DNA of 64,000 nucleotides from a virus: IMG/VR virus record IMGVR_UViG_2912391263_000005, positions 1 to 64,000 of that record; one strand, 5' to 3'. Shown piece by piece: positions 38,265 to 47,042 of this stretch (position 1 is its first letter; each line of letters starts with the position of its first letter). The notes under the pieces were generated by a model. It saw only the letters and a program-made list of their open reading frames with translations, ran no database searches and was not told where the DNA came from. The position numbers and the translations under genes were made by a program.

Positions 38265-39286
38265 AAAAGAAAATTACTATTACTGCGATGAGCCTGTTAA
38301 CGGCTCTTTTTTTATTACCCATTAATACGTTTGCTTATACTATTAATGACGAGTATAATTTAGCGCCGAATCAAGGAGACTCCAGATTAGCAATTCCTAA
38401 CAAAATTATTTTGCACGAAACTGGAATAGATGCACCAGCAAGAAACGTAGCCGCCAACATGAAAAATAATTATAACGGAAGCAATTCTTATACTACAGAT
38501 GTTATTGGTGACGGTGGGATTGTTTACCGTGTGGGTGAGCAAGGATATGTTTCGTGGGGAGCTGGTAACGCTAATCCTTATGCGCCTGTACAGATTGAAT
38601 TACAGCGCACATATGATAAAGCATTGTTTGAAAAAAACTATCGAGCTTATATTGAATATACAAGAGATAGTGCAAAAAAATATGGAATTCCATTGACTCT
38701 TGATCAAGGAACTTCTTTATTTACAAAAGGAATCATTTCTCATTTGTGGGTGACAAATTATGTTTGGGGGAACCACACAGATCCATATGGTTACTTATCG
38801 CAAATGGGAGTTAGCAAAGAAAAGCTTGCTTATGATTTAGCTCATGGATTTACCGATGAAAATCCAACAACTTCTGAAAACAAGCCTGTCATTGATCCAA
38901 CACGAGCTGGTGCAGCTAATCCTACGCTGACAGATGGAACAAATCACGCCCACATTGATCAGTTTGGGGAAATCGAAAACGCAAACTTGCATGTGGCTGG
39001 ATGGCACATTGCTAACTATAAATACGAGTATATTTTCATTATGGACTACAATACTGGGAAAGAATTAGCTCGAGTAAGAGCTGATGGAATTTATAGACCA
39101 GATGTAAACCAAGCTTATAATACTTCTGGAAATGTTGGTTATCATGTATCTTTCAATATGCGTAATTTTCCTAGTAAGAAAGTCTATGTAATGATGCGGG
39201 CAACGAATGATCCAGAGGGAAACACTAAAGGCGGTGCGCAAGATTTCCATGACAAACGTTGGTATTTAAATATTCCTAAACGATAA
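38261..39286 (+). CDS. N-acetylmuramoyl-L-alanine amidase endolysin with N-terminal signal peptide
   Basis: Amidase_2/PGRP-like region (IILHETG...). Predicted signal peptide MKKKITITAMSLLTALFLLPINTFA. Confidence 0.8.
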   Translation: MKKKITITAMSLLTALFLLPINTFAYTINDEYNLAPNQGDSRLAIPNKIILHETGIDAPARNVAANMKNNYNGSNSYTTDVIGDGGIVYRVGEQGYVSWGAGNANPYAPVQIELQRTYDKALFEKNYRAYIEYTRDSAKKYGIPLTLDQGTSLFTKGIISHLWVTNYVWGNHTDPYGYLSQMGVSKEKLAYDLAHGFTDENPTTSENKPVIDPTRAGAANPTLTDGTNHAHIDQFGEIENANLHVAGWHIANYKYEYIFIMDYNTGKELARVRADGIYRPDVNQAYNTSGNVGYHVSFNMRNFPSKKVYVMMRATNDPEGNTKGGAQDFHDKRWYLNIPKR

Positions 39287-39475
39287 AAATAGCTCCTCGT
39301 TGAGGAGCAGTACATAACTATATTGACAACTATAAAAATTATTCGATAAAATAGTGATGTTATCGCATATCTTCACTATCACCCATAAATAGTCACACTC
39401 CAAGCTATGCGATAACAGGTTTGTTGCCACACATTCTACTGGTTGATTGTTTATGGCTTTATGTGGCAACAACCA

Positions 39476-39549
39476 GTACCCTTAGCTCAGTTGGTCAGAG
39501 CAGACGGCTCATAACCGTCCGGTCGTAGGTTCGAGTCCTACAGGGTACA
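39476..39549 (+). tRNA. tRNA-Met: tRNA-Met (anticodon CAT, elongator-type), no encoded CCA
   Basis: Cloverleaf reads acceptor gtaccct/agggtac, D-arm gctc..gagc, anticodon stem gacgg/ccgtc with loop ctCATaa, T-arm gtagg-TTCGAGT-cctac. Confidence 0.85.
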
Positions 39550-39625
39550 TTAACGTAGCCATTTGAATCGTTCTGTGTTAGAATTTTTTTGAAGAGTATT
39601 ATACAAGCTAAAGCTTTTCTTCATT

Positions 39626-39649
39626 GCCACTCAAATGAGTGGCTTTTTT
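39626..39649 (+). terminator. intrinsic terminator downstream of tRNA
   Basis: gccactc-aaat-gagtggc followed by TTTTTT. Confidence 0.7.
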
Positions 39650-40061
39650 ATGTATCCTTTTATGGATTAATGAAAGGATGTTTCACATAGTTATACTTCT
39701 GTATATTTGAAAAGTTTTACTTTGATTTTTAAATAGAAAGACATTTGGGTTAAATTGTGAGATAATAATAAAGAAGAGTTTAAAGCGCACCCCAAACCAC
39801 TTCCCCATAAGTGTGTTACGCTTTAAACTCTTTTATATTTGAAGCCATTAAAAAGCATACCATATTTTTGAAAAAAAGTGAGAAAAAAGGCTTACAATTG
39901 GAGTGGTAGTTAATTAGTGACTTATTTTTGATTTTATAGCACTGATACTATAAAATATAGATATCATCATATTACACAATCTTAATACTAACTTAAAAAA
40001 TATCTCCTTTCACAAGTATGGTGATAAAATTCGTTCCGGGCTACCTTTTTAGGTAGCCTAC

Positions 40062-40151
40062 TTTAATCTTTATACCTTTCTGGATCAACGAAAGTATACT
40101 TTATATAGTCATAACGCCGATGATCGCTACGTGCGTCCGGCACGTCAGTCA
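40062..40151 (-). pseudogene. 3-prime gene remnant, near-identical copy of the 3-prime end of gene 43542..43847
   Basis: One mismatch over about 90 bp versus 43541-43630. Encodes ...TDVPDARSDHRRYDYIKYTFVDPERYKD* on the minus strand. Abuts the IS left end. Confidence 0.6.
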
Positions 40152-40225
40152 TGAATCGGCTACACTAGACTAGACAGAAAAAATAAGGTGTGTAGAATAA
40201 TAAAAAACACACTGGAGGATTTTTC

Positions 40226-40516
40226 ATGTCAAGACGTCAACGAAGAACCTATTCAAAAGAATTCAAACAACAAATCGTCGATCTCTATCTCGCTGGTAAG
40301 CCTCGCGCAGAAATTATTCGAGAGTATGAGCTTACGCCTTCTTCTTTCGATAAATGGATGAAGCAAGCACAATCAACGGGCTCATTCAAAGAAAGAGACA
40401 ACTTAACACCAGAACAAGCAGAATTGATCGCACTAAGAAAGAAAAATAAGCAACTCGAAATGGAGAATGATATTTTAAAGCAAGCGGCGCTGATATTCGG
40501 ACGAAAAGACAAGTAA
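40226..40516 (+). CDS. IS3-family transposase OrfA (HTH)
   Basis: 96 aa. Leucine-zipper/HTH orfA. Confidence 0.8.
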   Translation: MSRRQRRTYSKEFKQQIVDLYLAGKPRAEIIREYELTPSSFDKWMKQAQSTGSFKERDNLTPEQAELIALRKKNKQLEMENDILKQAALIFGRKDK

Positions 40517-41388
40517 TTGATGCCAACAAGCATAAATATTCCATATCAGCGATGTGCAAAATTCTAAATATTTCTCGTCAAACCTACTATTATCAAGCGA
40601 AACCGATCGAAAATGAGTCCGACTTAGAAGAGATCGTTCAGGAAGAGTTTATTCGAAACCGAAAGGCTTACGGTACCCGAAAATTGAAGAAGTGTTTAGC
40701 AAAGCGTGGGCTTCAACTCAGTCGGCGCCGAATCGGTCGAATCATGAAACGCCGCGGATTGACATCTACCTATACGATCGCTCATTTTAAAGGGCAACGA
40801 ACAGCTTGTAATGAAGCGAAAACAGCGAATGTATTAGATCGGACCTTTACACAAGAACAGCCATTGGAAGCCATCGTTACGGATCTTACTTATGTTCGCG
40901 TGGGGAAAAAGTGGCATTATATCTGCTTAATACTTGATTTGTTTAATCGAGAAATTATTGGTTATTCCTGTGGTGAGAAGAAAGATGCCTCATTGGTAAA
41001 AGAAGCCTTTGGACGGATACCGTATTCTTTAACAGACGTCAAGCTTTTTCATACAGACCGGGGAAAGGAATTTGATAACCAAACCATTCATGAGATTCTG
41101 AATGGTTTTGGAATTACTCGTTCATTGAGTAGGAAGGGTTGTCCGTATGATAATGCCGTTGTGGAATCAACCTATAAATCTGTCAAAGTAGAATTCGTGC
41201 ATCAATACCAATTTGAGACACTGGCACAGCTACGTCTAGAATTGTTTGATTATGTGCATTGGTGGAACTATCTACGCTTACATGGCACGTTGGCGTATGA
41301 AACACCGATCCAAATTCGACAACAGAGATTGGCGAAGCGAATCCTTGATAATGAGCGCGGATCTGATACCTCTGGAGAGGCAGCGTAA
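40471..41388 (+). CDS. IS3-family transposase OrfB (DDE/rve), expressed as OrfAB by -1 frameshift
   Basis: The -1 frame opens exactly at the heptamer T_TTA_AAG (40472-40478). DDE integrase-core region (HTDRGKEF...). Table ORF 40552..41388. Confidence 0.75.
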   Translation, partial: YFKASGADIRTKRQVIDANKHKYSISAMCKILNISRQTYYYQAKPIENESDLEEIVQEEFIRNRKAYGTRKLKKCLAKRGLQLSRRRIGRIMKRRGLTSTYTIAHFKGQRTACNEAKTANVLDRTFTQEQPLEAIVTDLTYVRVGKKWHYICLILDLFNREIIGYSCGEKKDASLVKEAFGRIPYSLTDVKLFHTDRGKEFDNQTIHEILNGFGITRSLSRKGCPYDNAVVESTYKSVKVEFVHQYQFETLAQLRLELFDYVHWWNYLRLHGTLAYETPIQIRQQRLAKRILDNERGSDTSGEAA

Positions 41389-41472
41389 TTGAATGATTGT
41401 GCTTCTGCCGGAGAAAATCAGATCCGAGGATGCTCATTGTCAAGGGCAATCGTAGCCATAACACCGCAGCAT

Positions 41473-42022
41473 TCACAACACCTTATAATTTTTGTCAAAA
41501 AAAGTGTTGCCATTCCACTTTTTTAAATATGCGTTCTCTGCTCTTAAACGAATAACTTCTTCTTCAAGAGACTCATCTTTAAGTTTTTTAGGAATGTTTA
41601 GCTTGGAATTCATACTAATTTTTCTGCCCCTTTTTTGGCTCTCAAGTGAAGAAGCACCGCCTTCTTCATATTGCTCTATCCATTTACTTAGAGTTCTATT
41701 TGAACCGATATTAAATTTTTTAGCAGTTTCTTGGATAGAAAGACCATTTGTTTCCATATATTCTATAACATCAAGTTTAAATTTTGTAGTGTAGCTTTTG
41801 CCACCTCCAACCAAGCCTTCCCAACCATGATAGTTATAAATCCTTACCCAATGTCTAACCAGTGTACGATTTATTTGATATTTATGTGCAAGATATTTGT
41901 AGCCGCCTTCGTTATTTAAATAGTCTGAAACTACTTTTTTCTTAAAAACAAATGTATATTTCCGCAAAAAAAGCACCCCTTTTAATTAGATTTCTAGTCT
42001 AACTTTTGGGGTGCACATCATT
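41473..42022 (-). mobile_element. IS3-family (IS150-group-like) remnant: intact orfA, orfB missing
   Basis: 167-aa OrfA-type HTH transposase (41473..41976). Terminal sequence ATGTGCACCCC at about 42010-42022. No DDE orfB follows. Confidence 0.5.
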
Positions 42023-42310
42023 TTTGAGGGGAAGTACATATAGTTGTTGATATAGTTGCTAATATTGTTAGCTAATTTGTTAGTAAAACTGTATACGAAT
42101 TTAGATAGTAAAAAAACAGTTTGTTCCTTATATAGAGGCACTTTTACTACTGATTAAATGTCAGATATGCTTACAAATATACTTATAAATATGCTTACAA
42201 AATTAGCTAATATTTCCGTTGACAAAGCTTTGTTACTATTGTTAAACTAAATTGACTAGCAAAAGTGAAACATAAATTTATTAAATAAATGTAAAAATTA
42301 GGAGAAATCA

Positions 42311-42718
42311 ATGTCTTATAGAGTACAATTAATAATTTCAGAAGATGTAGAAAGTCAGCAATTTGGCACTAATGTTATTAATAAAGTAATTAATCCAGCT
42401 CTTTCTATTAATGCGCCTTTAATTCCTACTGCTTTATCATTTTCTGTAACAGCTGTGGTGTCTGAGATAGAGGATACAGAAAAGATAAAAATAGTAGAAA
42501 TTGAAGTTTTAAACAAGAATGAAAAACAAATTTTTTCTACGGGTGAAGTATCGGTAAGCTTGCCTCCTCAAGTTAACGATATAAACTTTAATATAAACGC
42601 CAGAAATGTCTTGGTTGAAGAAGCAGGAGAGCATTATGCTGTTGTTAAATTTAATGGAACTGAGATTGGAAGGCAAATCTTTGATATCAAGGTCAACAAA
42701 CCAGTGGAAAAAAATTAA
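42311..42718 (+). CDS. hypothetical protein (first gene of 3-gene operon)
   Basis: 135 aa. -35 TTGACA at 42222-42227 upstream. Confidence 0.5.
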   Translation: MSYRVQLIISEDVESQQFGTNVINKVINPALSINAPLIPTALSFSVTAVVSEIEDTEKIKIVEIEVLNKNEKQIFSTGEVSVSLPPQVNDINFNINARNVLVEEAGEHYAVVKFNGTEIGRQIFDIKVNKPVEKN

Positions 42719-42730
42719 GGAGACGATACG

Positions 42731-43133
42731 GATGCTTGATATAGTACCATCAAATACACATCGGAGTGGTAGCTTAATAAATTTTGCTGCGATTTTTGCT
42801 TGCGCATCGGTAATTCTAGCATCTCCAGTTGTTGTGGATGCAAGTTCTACTCCGAAAACTAAAAATGATAATCAACTTGTAATTACTACAAAAAATGAGA
42901 TTAACACAATTTCAAGTAATGATGGCAAAATTTTTGATGTGATAAATACGGTTTTAAAAAGAAAAGCTGAAATCAATATAAAATATGATGAAGATTTAAA
43001 CTTGTATTTCTTTGTTATCAAAACAACATCTGAATTGTTTTCCTCAGATTACGATGTTTTGGATACTCTCGATAATGTATTATCTGACTATAAATATATG
43101 GGGAAATCTGTAGTAGCAACTTTGGGGGAATAA
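42731..43133 (+). CDS. secreted hypothetical protein
   Basis: RBS AAGGAGACG. Signal peptide (AAIFACASVILASPVVVDA). Table ORF 42606..43133 extended upstream. Confidence 0.5.
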
Positions 43134-43134
43134 A

Positions 43135-43506
43135 ATGTTTGACTTTAATGAATATTTATCTATTTCCAAACAAATTGAATCAGATGATAAATATAATTCT
43201 AAAGAATCTTATAGAAGAACTGCTGTTTCAAGAGCATACTACAGTGCTTTTAAAAAATCTGATGAGTATTTGAAAGAAAATTATGATATTATTTATAATG
43301 GAAGTAGCGGAAAAGGAAGCCACCAAACCGTTTGGAATTTGTTTTCAACAGTTAAGGAATTGAATACCTTAGGAATACATAATAGTGGGTATAGAATGTT
43401 AGAGAAAAGAAAATGTGCTGACTATATTCCTAATGAAACCATTACGAAAACAGATATGGCGCTGATGAATCGAGAAGCAGAAAAAATAATAAACAAACTC
43501 ACCTAA
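43135..43506 (+). CDS. HEPN-domain protein
   Basis: RAYYSAF..., SHQTVWNLF, LEKRKCADY align with the classic HEPN pattern (AYYAMFHAA...H..l..F...LR..ADY). Confidence 0.55.
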   Translation: MFDFNEYLSISKQIESDDKYNSKESYRRTAVSRAYYSAFKKSDEYLKENYDIIYNGSSGKGSHQTVWNLFSTVKELNTLGIHNSGYRMLEKRKCADYIPNETITKTDMALMNREAEKIINKLT

Positions 43507-43541
43507 TGAATTTCAAGCGAGTTTGTTTGTTATTTTTTTAT

Positions 43542-43847
43542 TTAATCTTTGTATCTTTCTGGATCAACGAAAGTATACTTTATATAGTCATAACGCCGAT
43601 GATCGCTACGTGCGTCTGGCACGTCAGTCACGATATCAAACAAAAAATATACATCCTTCTTCATTCTAGTTTTCGCAGCAGGAATTTTGAAATAGTTCTT
43701 ATTAGAATAGTAGAGATTGATTAATAAACTATCTTCGATTGCTAAAAAGAAAACTTCTGAATCCCATACTTTATAAAAATCTTTGATAAATCTATTCGAA
43801 GGATCAAATTTAAACCATAATTGCGTCTCATTAAAAAGCATAGCCAT
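43542..43847 (-). CDS. hypothetical protein (second gene of a 2-gene minus-strand pair)
   Basis: 101 aa. Its 3-prime 90 bp is duplicated at 40062-40151. Confidence 0.5.
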   Translation of the reverse strand: MAMLFNETQLWFKFDPSNRFIKDFYKVWDSEVFFLAIEDSLLINLYYSNKNYFKIPAAKTRMKKDVYFLFDIVTDVPDARSDHRRYDYIKYTFVDPERYKD

Positions 43848-44086
43848 TACTCCGATCTATTTTTAAACTTAGTTTCTACCTCTAATATATATCGAGTTTT
43901 TATTTTGCCTTCAGATAATACTGTTTCTTTTTTCGCAATTACAGGTTGGTTATTTTCGGAAAAAGCTAATATAGCTAAGATTGAAACATCCATCTGGAAT
44001 TTATCTTTTTTGCTGCTTTGCTCATAAAAGTCTGCATATTCATCACTGATATTTTTTCTAATAAAGTCTTCCATCATAAAAATCAC
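43847..44086 (-). CDS. hypothetical acidic protein (first gene of pair, ATGA overlap)
   Basis: 79 aa. Palindrome-bearing upstream region at about 44095-44125. Confidence 0.5.
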   Translation of the reverse strand: MIFMMEDFIRKNISDEYADFYEQSSKKDKFQMDVSILAILAFSENNQPVIAKKETVLSEGKIKTRYILEVETKFKNRSE

Positions 44087-44682
44087 CTCAAAACGATTAT
44101 ACGAACTTACGTTCTCGTTGTAAAGCGATATTTGAGGGGCAAAAAGGGGGCAAAAATACGTTTACCTTTGATATATCTCAGATTGAACATAGTGTTTATT
44201 ATATGTCGGTATTGTTGATTTATAGCTGTTTTGAGGGTATTAGATACATAATAGAATATAGTGGTTTTGTTTACGTGCATTACACGGAAAAGCTGCTCGT
44301 ATCAAAGAAATCAGAAGATAAACACGGAAAACTTCCTTGGAAATCTGAAATCTGTGAAAAGTCCTTGTATATCAAGGACTTTTTCTTTTTTCTCTATCAC
44401 ATTTTGAAAGTGTTTTGAGCCTTTTTTTCTAATATTCTCTCAAATTGTCCTGAATCTCCCAATATTGACTACTATTATCGTCAAAATATCGAAAAATTTA
44501 GTAGTCATTTTGACGACAAATTTAATACGAAAAATACCAAAACACTTACCGAATTTAGCAATTTTTGAACCCGAGTTGCTTAAAAGGTTGAATGTTTTCG
44601 AAAATAGCAAAACATATACCATTGTGCTAAAAAGTTAATGTGATAGGTTTCTATTTAAATAATTCTAGGAGTTTTTTTGTAA

Positions 44683-45350
44683 TGGGAAAAGATAAGCGTA
44701 TTGTTTGGAAGGATCAAAGCGATTTAAAAATTATTTTAACAATTAGTCAGTTTATTGAAACATACGAAATAAAATCTAGTCGAGAATATCAGAAACAGTT
44801 ATCGAAAAATCCAAACTCAGCTCCCAGCATGTGGTTTATTATTAATAAATATGGCTCGTGGAATAATTTGCTGAACAGCATTGGAATTGACAATAGCGGA
44901 TCTAAAAAATGGGCTAAAATGGAGACCGATGAATTAATAAAAGTGGCACAAATATTTATTGATTCAGAAAAAATAAAATCACAACGCGTTTATGAAAAAA
45001 AGTCTGTTGGTAAAGATGTTCCGTGTATAAGCACTTTAAAGAATAGATTGGGCGACATTCGTTTTCTATTTAAAAAGGAAGTGAATAAGGGACTAACTAA
45101 TTTTGAGATACTTTTAGAGCTTAAGAATGAAATAATTAGACTTAATATGGAAGATGATTTATCTATGACAAAATTTCAAAACTATTCAAAATCAAAACAT
45201 CTTCCATCTGTGTATACAATTATGAGACGGACCAATAAGACATGGGAAGAATTGATGAGCGAAATTGGATATGATTATAGAAAAATCAAAATAAAAAAAC
45301 AGAGAAATAATTTGCGGTGTAGATCAAAAAATAATATGTCCAAGACATGA
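44683..45350 (+). CDS. protein with two homing-endonuclease-associated-type repeats, no nuclease domain
   Basis: Repeats ...YGSWNNLLNSIG and ...KTWEELMSEIG. Likely ATG at 44683 (table ORF from 44640). Confidence 0.45.
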
Positions 45351-45791
45351 ATAAACAAAGTATTTTTCAACAGTGTTTTTATCTGTACCATTCTTTAAAT
45401 ATTCATAGCAGTTTATTCATGTTTTATGAGGTTTAAAATACAATACTGAATTTACTGCTTATTTTTACACTACTGCATAAACTTTGTATTCTAATAGAAA
45501 ATAGAGTTGTGAATGAAAAATACTTATTTCTATTACAAAAGGTAAAAAAATATCGATTTAAAAGCTAAATGGACACATGAGTTTGGGATTTTTCTACTTC
45601 AATTTCAAAATGAGAGTAGCAGATAAGGGGATGATAGGAATGTACCAAATACTAATCTAGATACAATATGCATATATAGGCTACACTTCTTTAGATTTTT
45701 TGATTAAGAACATAATAAATAGTTTACGTCGATACTTATTAAGTTATCGACGTTTTTTATTATAAAAAAATAATAAAGGAGGTTTCTTGAT

Positions 45792-45905
45792 ATGATAAGA
45801 AACAAAAAGTGTTGGTTGAAAGTTGCTTTACTGGCAGTTTTTTTCTAAGTAACTTTTTGACAAGCTCAATGGCAACACAAGCGGAAGAAGTAATACAAGA
45901 AATAA
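45792..45905 (+). pseudogene. N-terminal remnant of an LPXTG surface-protein gene
   Basis: MIRNKKCWLKVALLAVFF* then out-of-frame ...TQAEE. Parallels MTTNKTSWLKFALLAVVCQVAFLTGTMTTHAEE at 62885. Same upstream hairpin and promoter. Confidence 0.55.
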
Positions 45906-45972
45906 CTGTTATGAATAACAGCTAGATAAAATGGGCTAGGTATGTTATCCAACAATTTAGTAATCACTAGAA

Positions 45973-46398
45973 GCCTAGCGAAAGTTCGCTTGATAAGTTA
46001 TAGATGAGTATTGATTTGTAGTGTTTCCAAATCAAAAGGGTACAGAGCCACATGAAATATGTTGTCCTCTGCAGCGTCAGGATGGGAATCCATACCATGG
46101 AGATTCGGAGATCTGTGAGGGAATACTTACGTGGTTAATATGTCGGTTGTGTTGGAAGTAGTAATGGTCATAGTGGGTAAATTGACTGAATTCTTATATG
46201 AGAAAATGAAACCAACAAGAAGATAGGGTTATTTATACAGAATTGGGGATCTTTTCTGGAAAAGTAATCGGACAATGCGAGATTCGTACGGTCTTTTTTA
46301 AATTTCTCTTAAAAAAATGGCATCGAATGGGTTGGGTGATTGATAAGCAATGAATCATAGACTGATATAGAATAAAAAATGATTCTATTTATCTTTTT
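45973..46398 (+). ncRNA. candidate structured ncRNA, copy A of a paralogous ORF-free element
   Basis: About 70% identical to 55635-56103, with indels not in multiples of 3. Conserved blocks CTGCAGCGTC...GGGAATCC...ATCGGACAA.GCG...GTACGGTC. Ends in hairpin 46367-46386 plus T-run. Confidence 0.45.
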
Positions 46399-46708
46399 AC
46401 ATCTATCGTTTTTTCAAGTAACCGCAAATTGTATCAGCATTCAACAATTTTTGTATACAAGTTCTAGTAAAAGGATCTGAAGAAAAAGTTGGTTGTTGTA
46501 AAGATAAAAAAGAATCAGGTTTTACTGAGTTTTTCTTCAAAATTTGTGTTATTAGGTTAGGACAAAGATAAGAAGAAGTATGAAGATTTAAAAAAGGAAT
46601 GAGGAAAAGATAGTAATTTCCGATTATTGGAGTTTTTTTATTTTATAAAGAAGAAGCGAACAAGTTGTGATTCCTAGATTTCGCGCGTGATTAATTAATG
46701 AGCAAAAA

Positions 46709-46960
46709 ATGCGGAAAGTTTTAGTGTTTAATACACGAGGACAAATTTTCTTAGGTATTGAAGGCACACGTGTAACGGTTGATGGGTGGTGTGATTGTTT
46801 CGAGGTTGGAAAACATGTTGAACTTATGGCATTTACTGAGCTAAAAGATAAGAACAACGTGGAATTTTTCGAGAGTGATATTGGTTGGGACGATCATGAA
46901 GAAGTTTATGGAAAATTTATTTTGCGGAAGGGAAATTCTTATACGAATGGGGAAGCATAA
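46709..46960 (+). CDS. hypothetical protein
   Basis: 83-aa ORF. Confidence 0.45.
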   Translation: MRKVLVFNTRGQIFLGIEGTRVTVDGWCDCFEVGKHVELMAFTELKDKNNVEFFESDIGWDDHEEVYGKFILRKGNSYTNGEA

Positions 46961-47042
46961 GTAGCGATTTGTTAGAGATCATTGATAGTATTGAAATTGT
47001 CGGGAATATTTATGAGAATCTAGAGTTATTTGAGGTGATAGA

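Larger units (their letters stand above)
40152..41475 (+). mobile_element. IS3-family insertion sequence (approximate boundaries)
   Basis: orfA plus orfB in the -1 frame. Left end TGAATCGG... begins where homology to the 90-bp repeat stops. Right-end complement TGAATGCTG... The right boundary is uncertain. Confidence 0.6.

Noticed and set aside
1-39475. Defining attL/attR core sequences
   Set aside because: The integrase abuts the window edge, so attL is outside the window. No repeat pair could be identified.
41183-41476. 97-aa minus-strand ORF and short peptide MATIALDNEHPRI suggestive of a second-IS orfB start
   Set aside because: It overlaps the C-terminal coding region of the first IS orfB on the opposite strand. 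Too short and ambiguous to call. Only the IS150-like orfA is reported.
45973-46398. Known RNA families for the duplicated element (T-box, riboswitches, RNase P, SRP, 6S, group II intron domains)
   Set aside because: None of the diagnostic conserved boxes (T-box AGGGTGGNACCGCG, RNase P P4, SRP domain IV, intron DV) are present by eye, and there is no similarity to the bona fide intron at 53024-54895. Left as an unclassified candidate.
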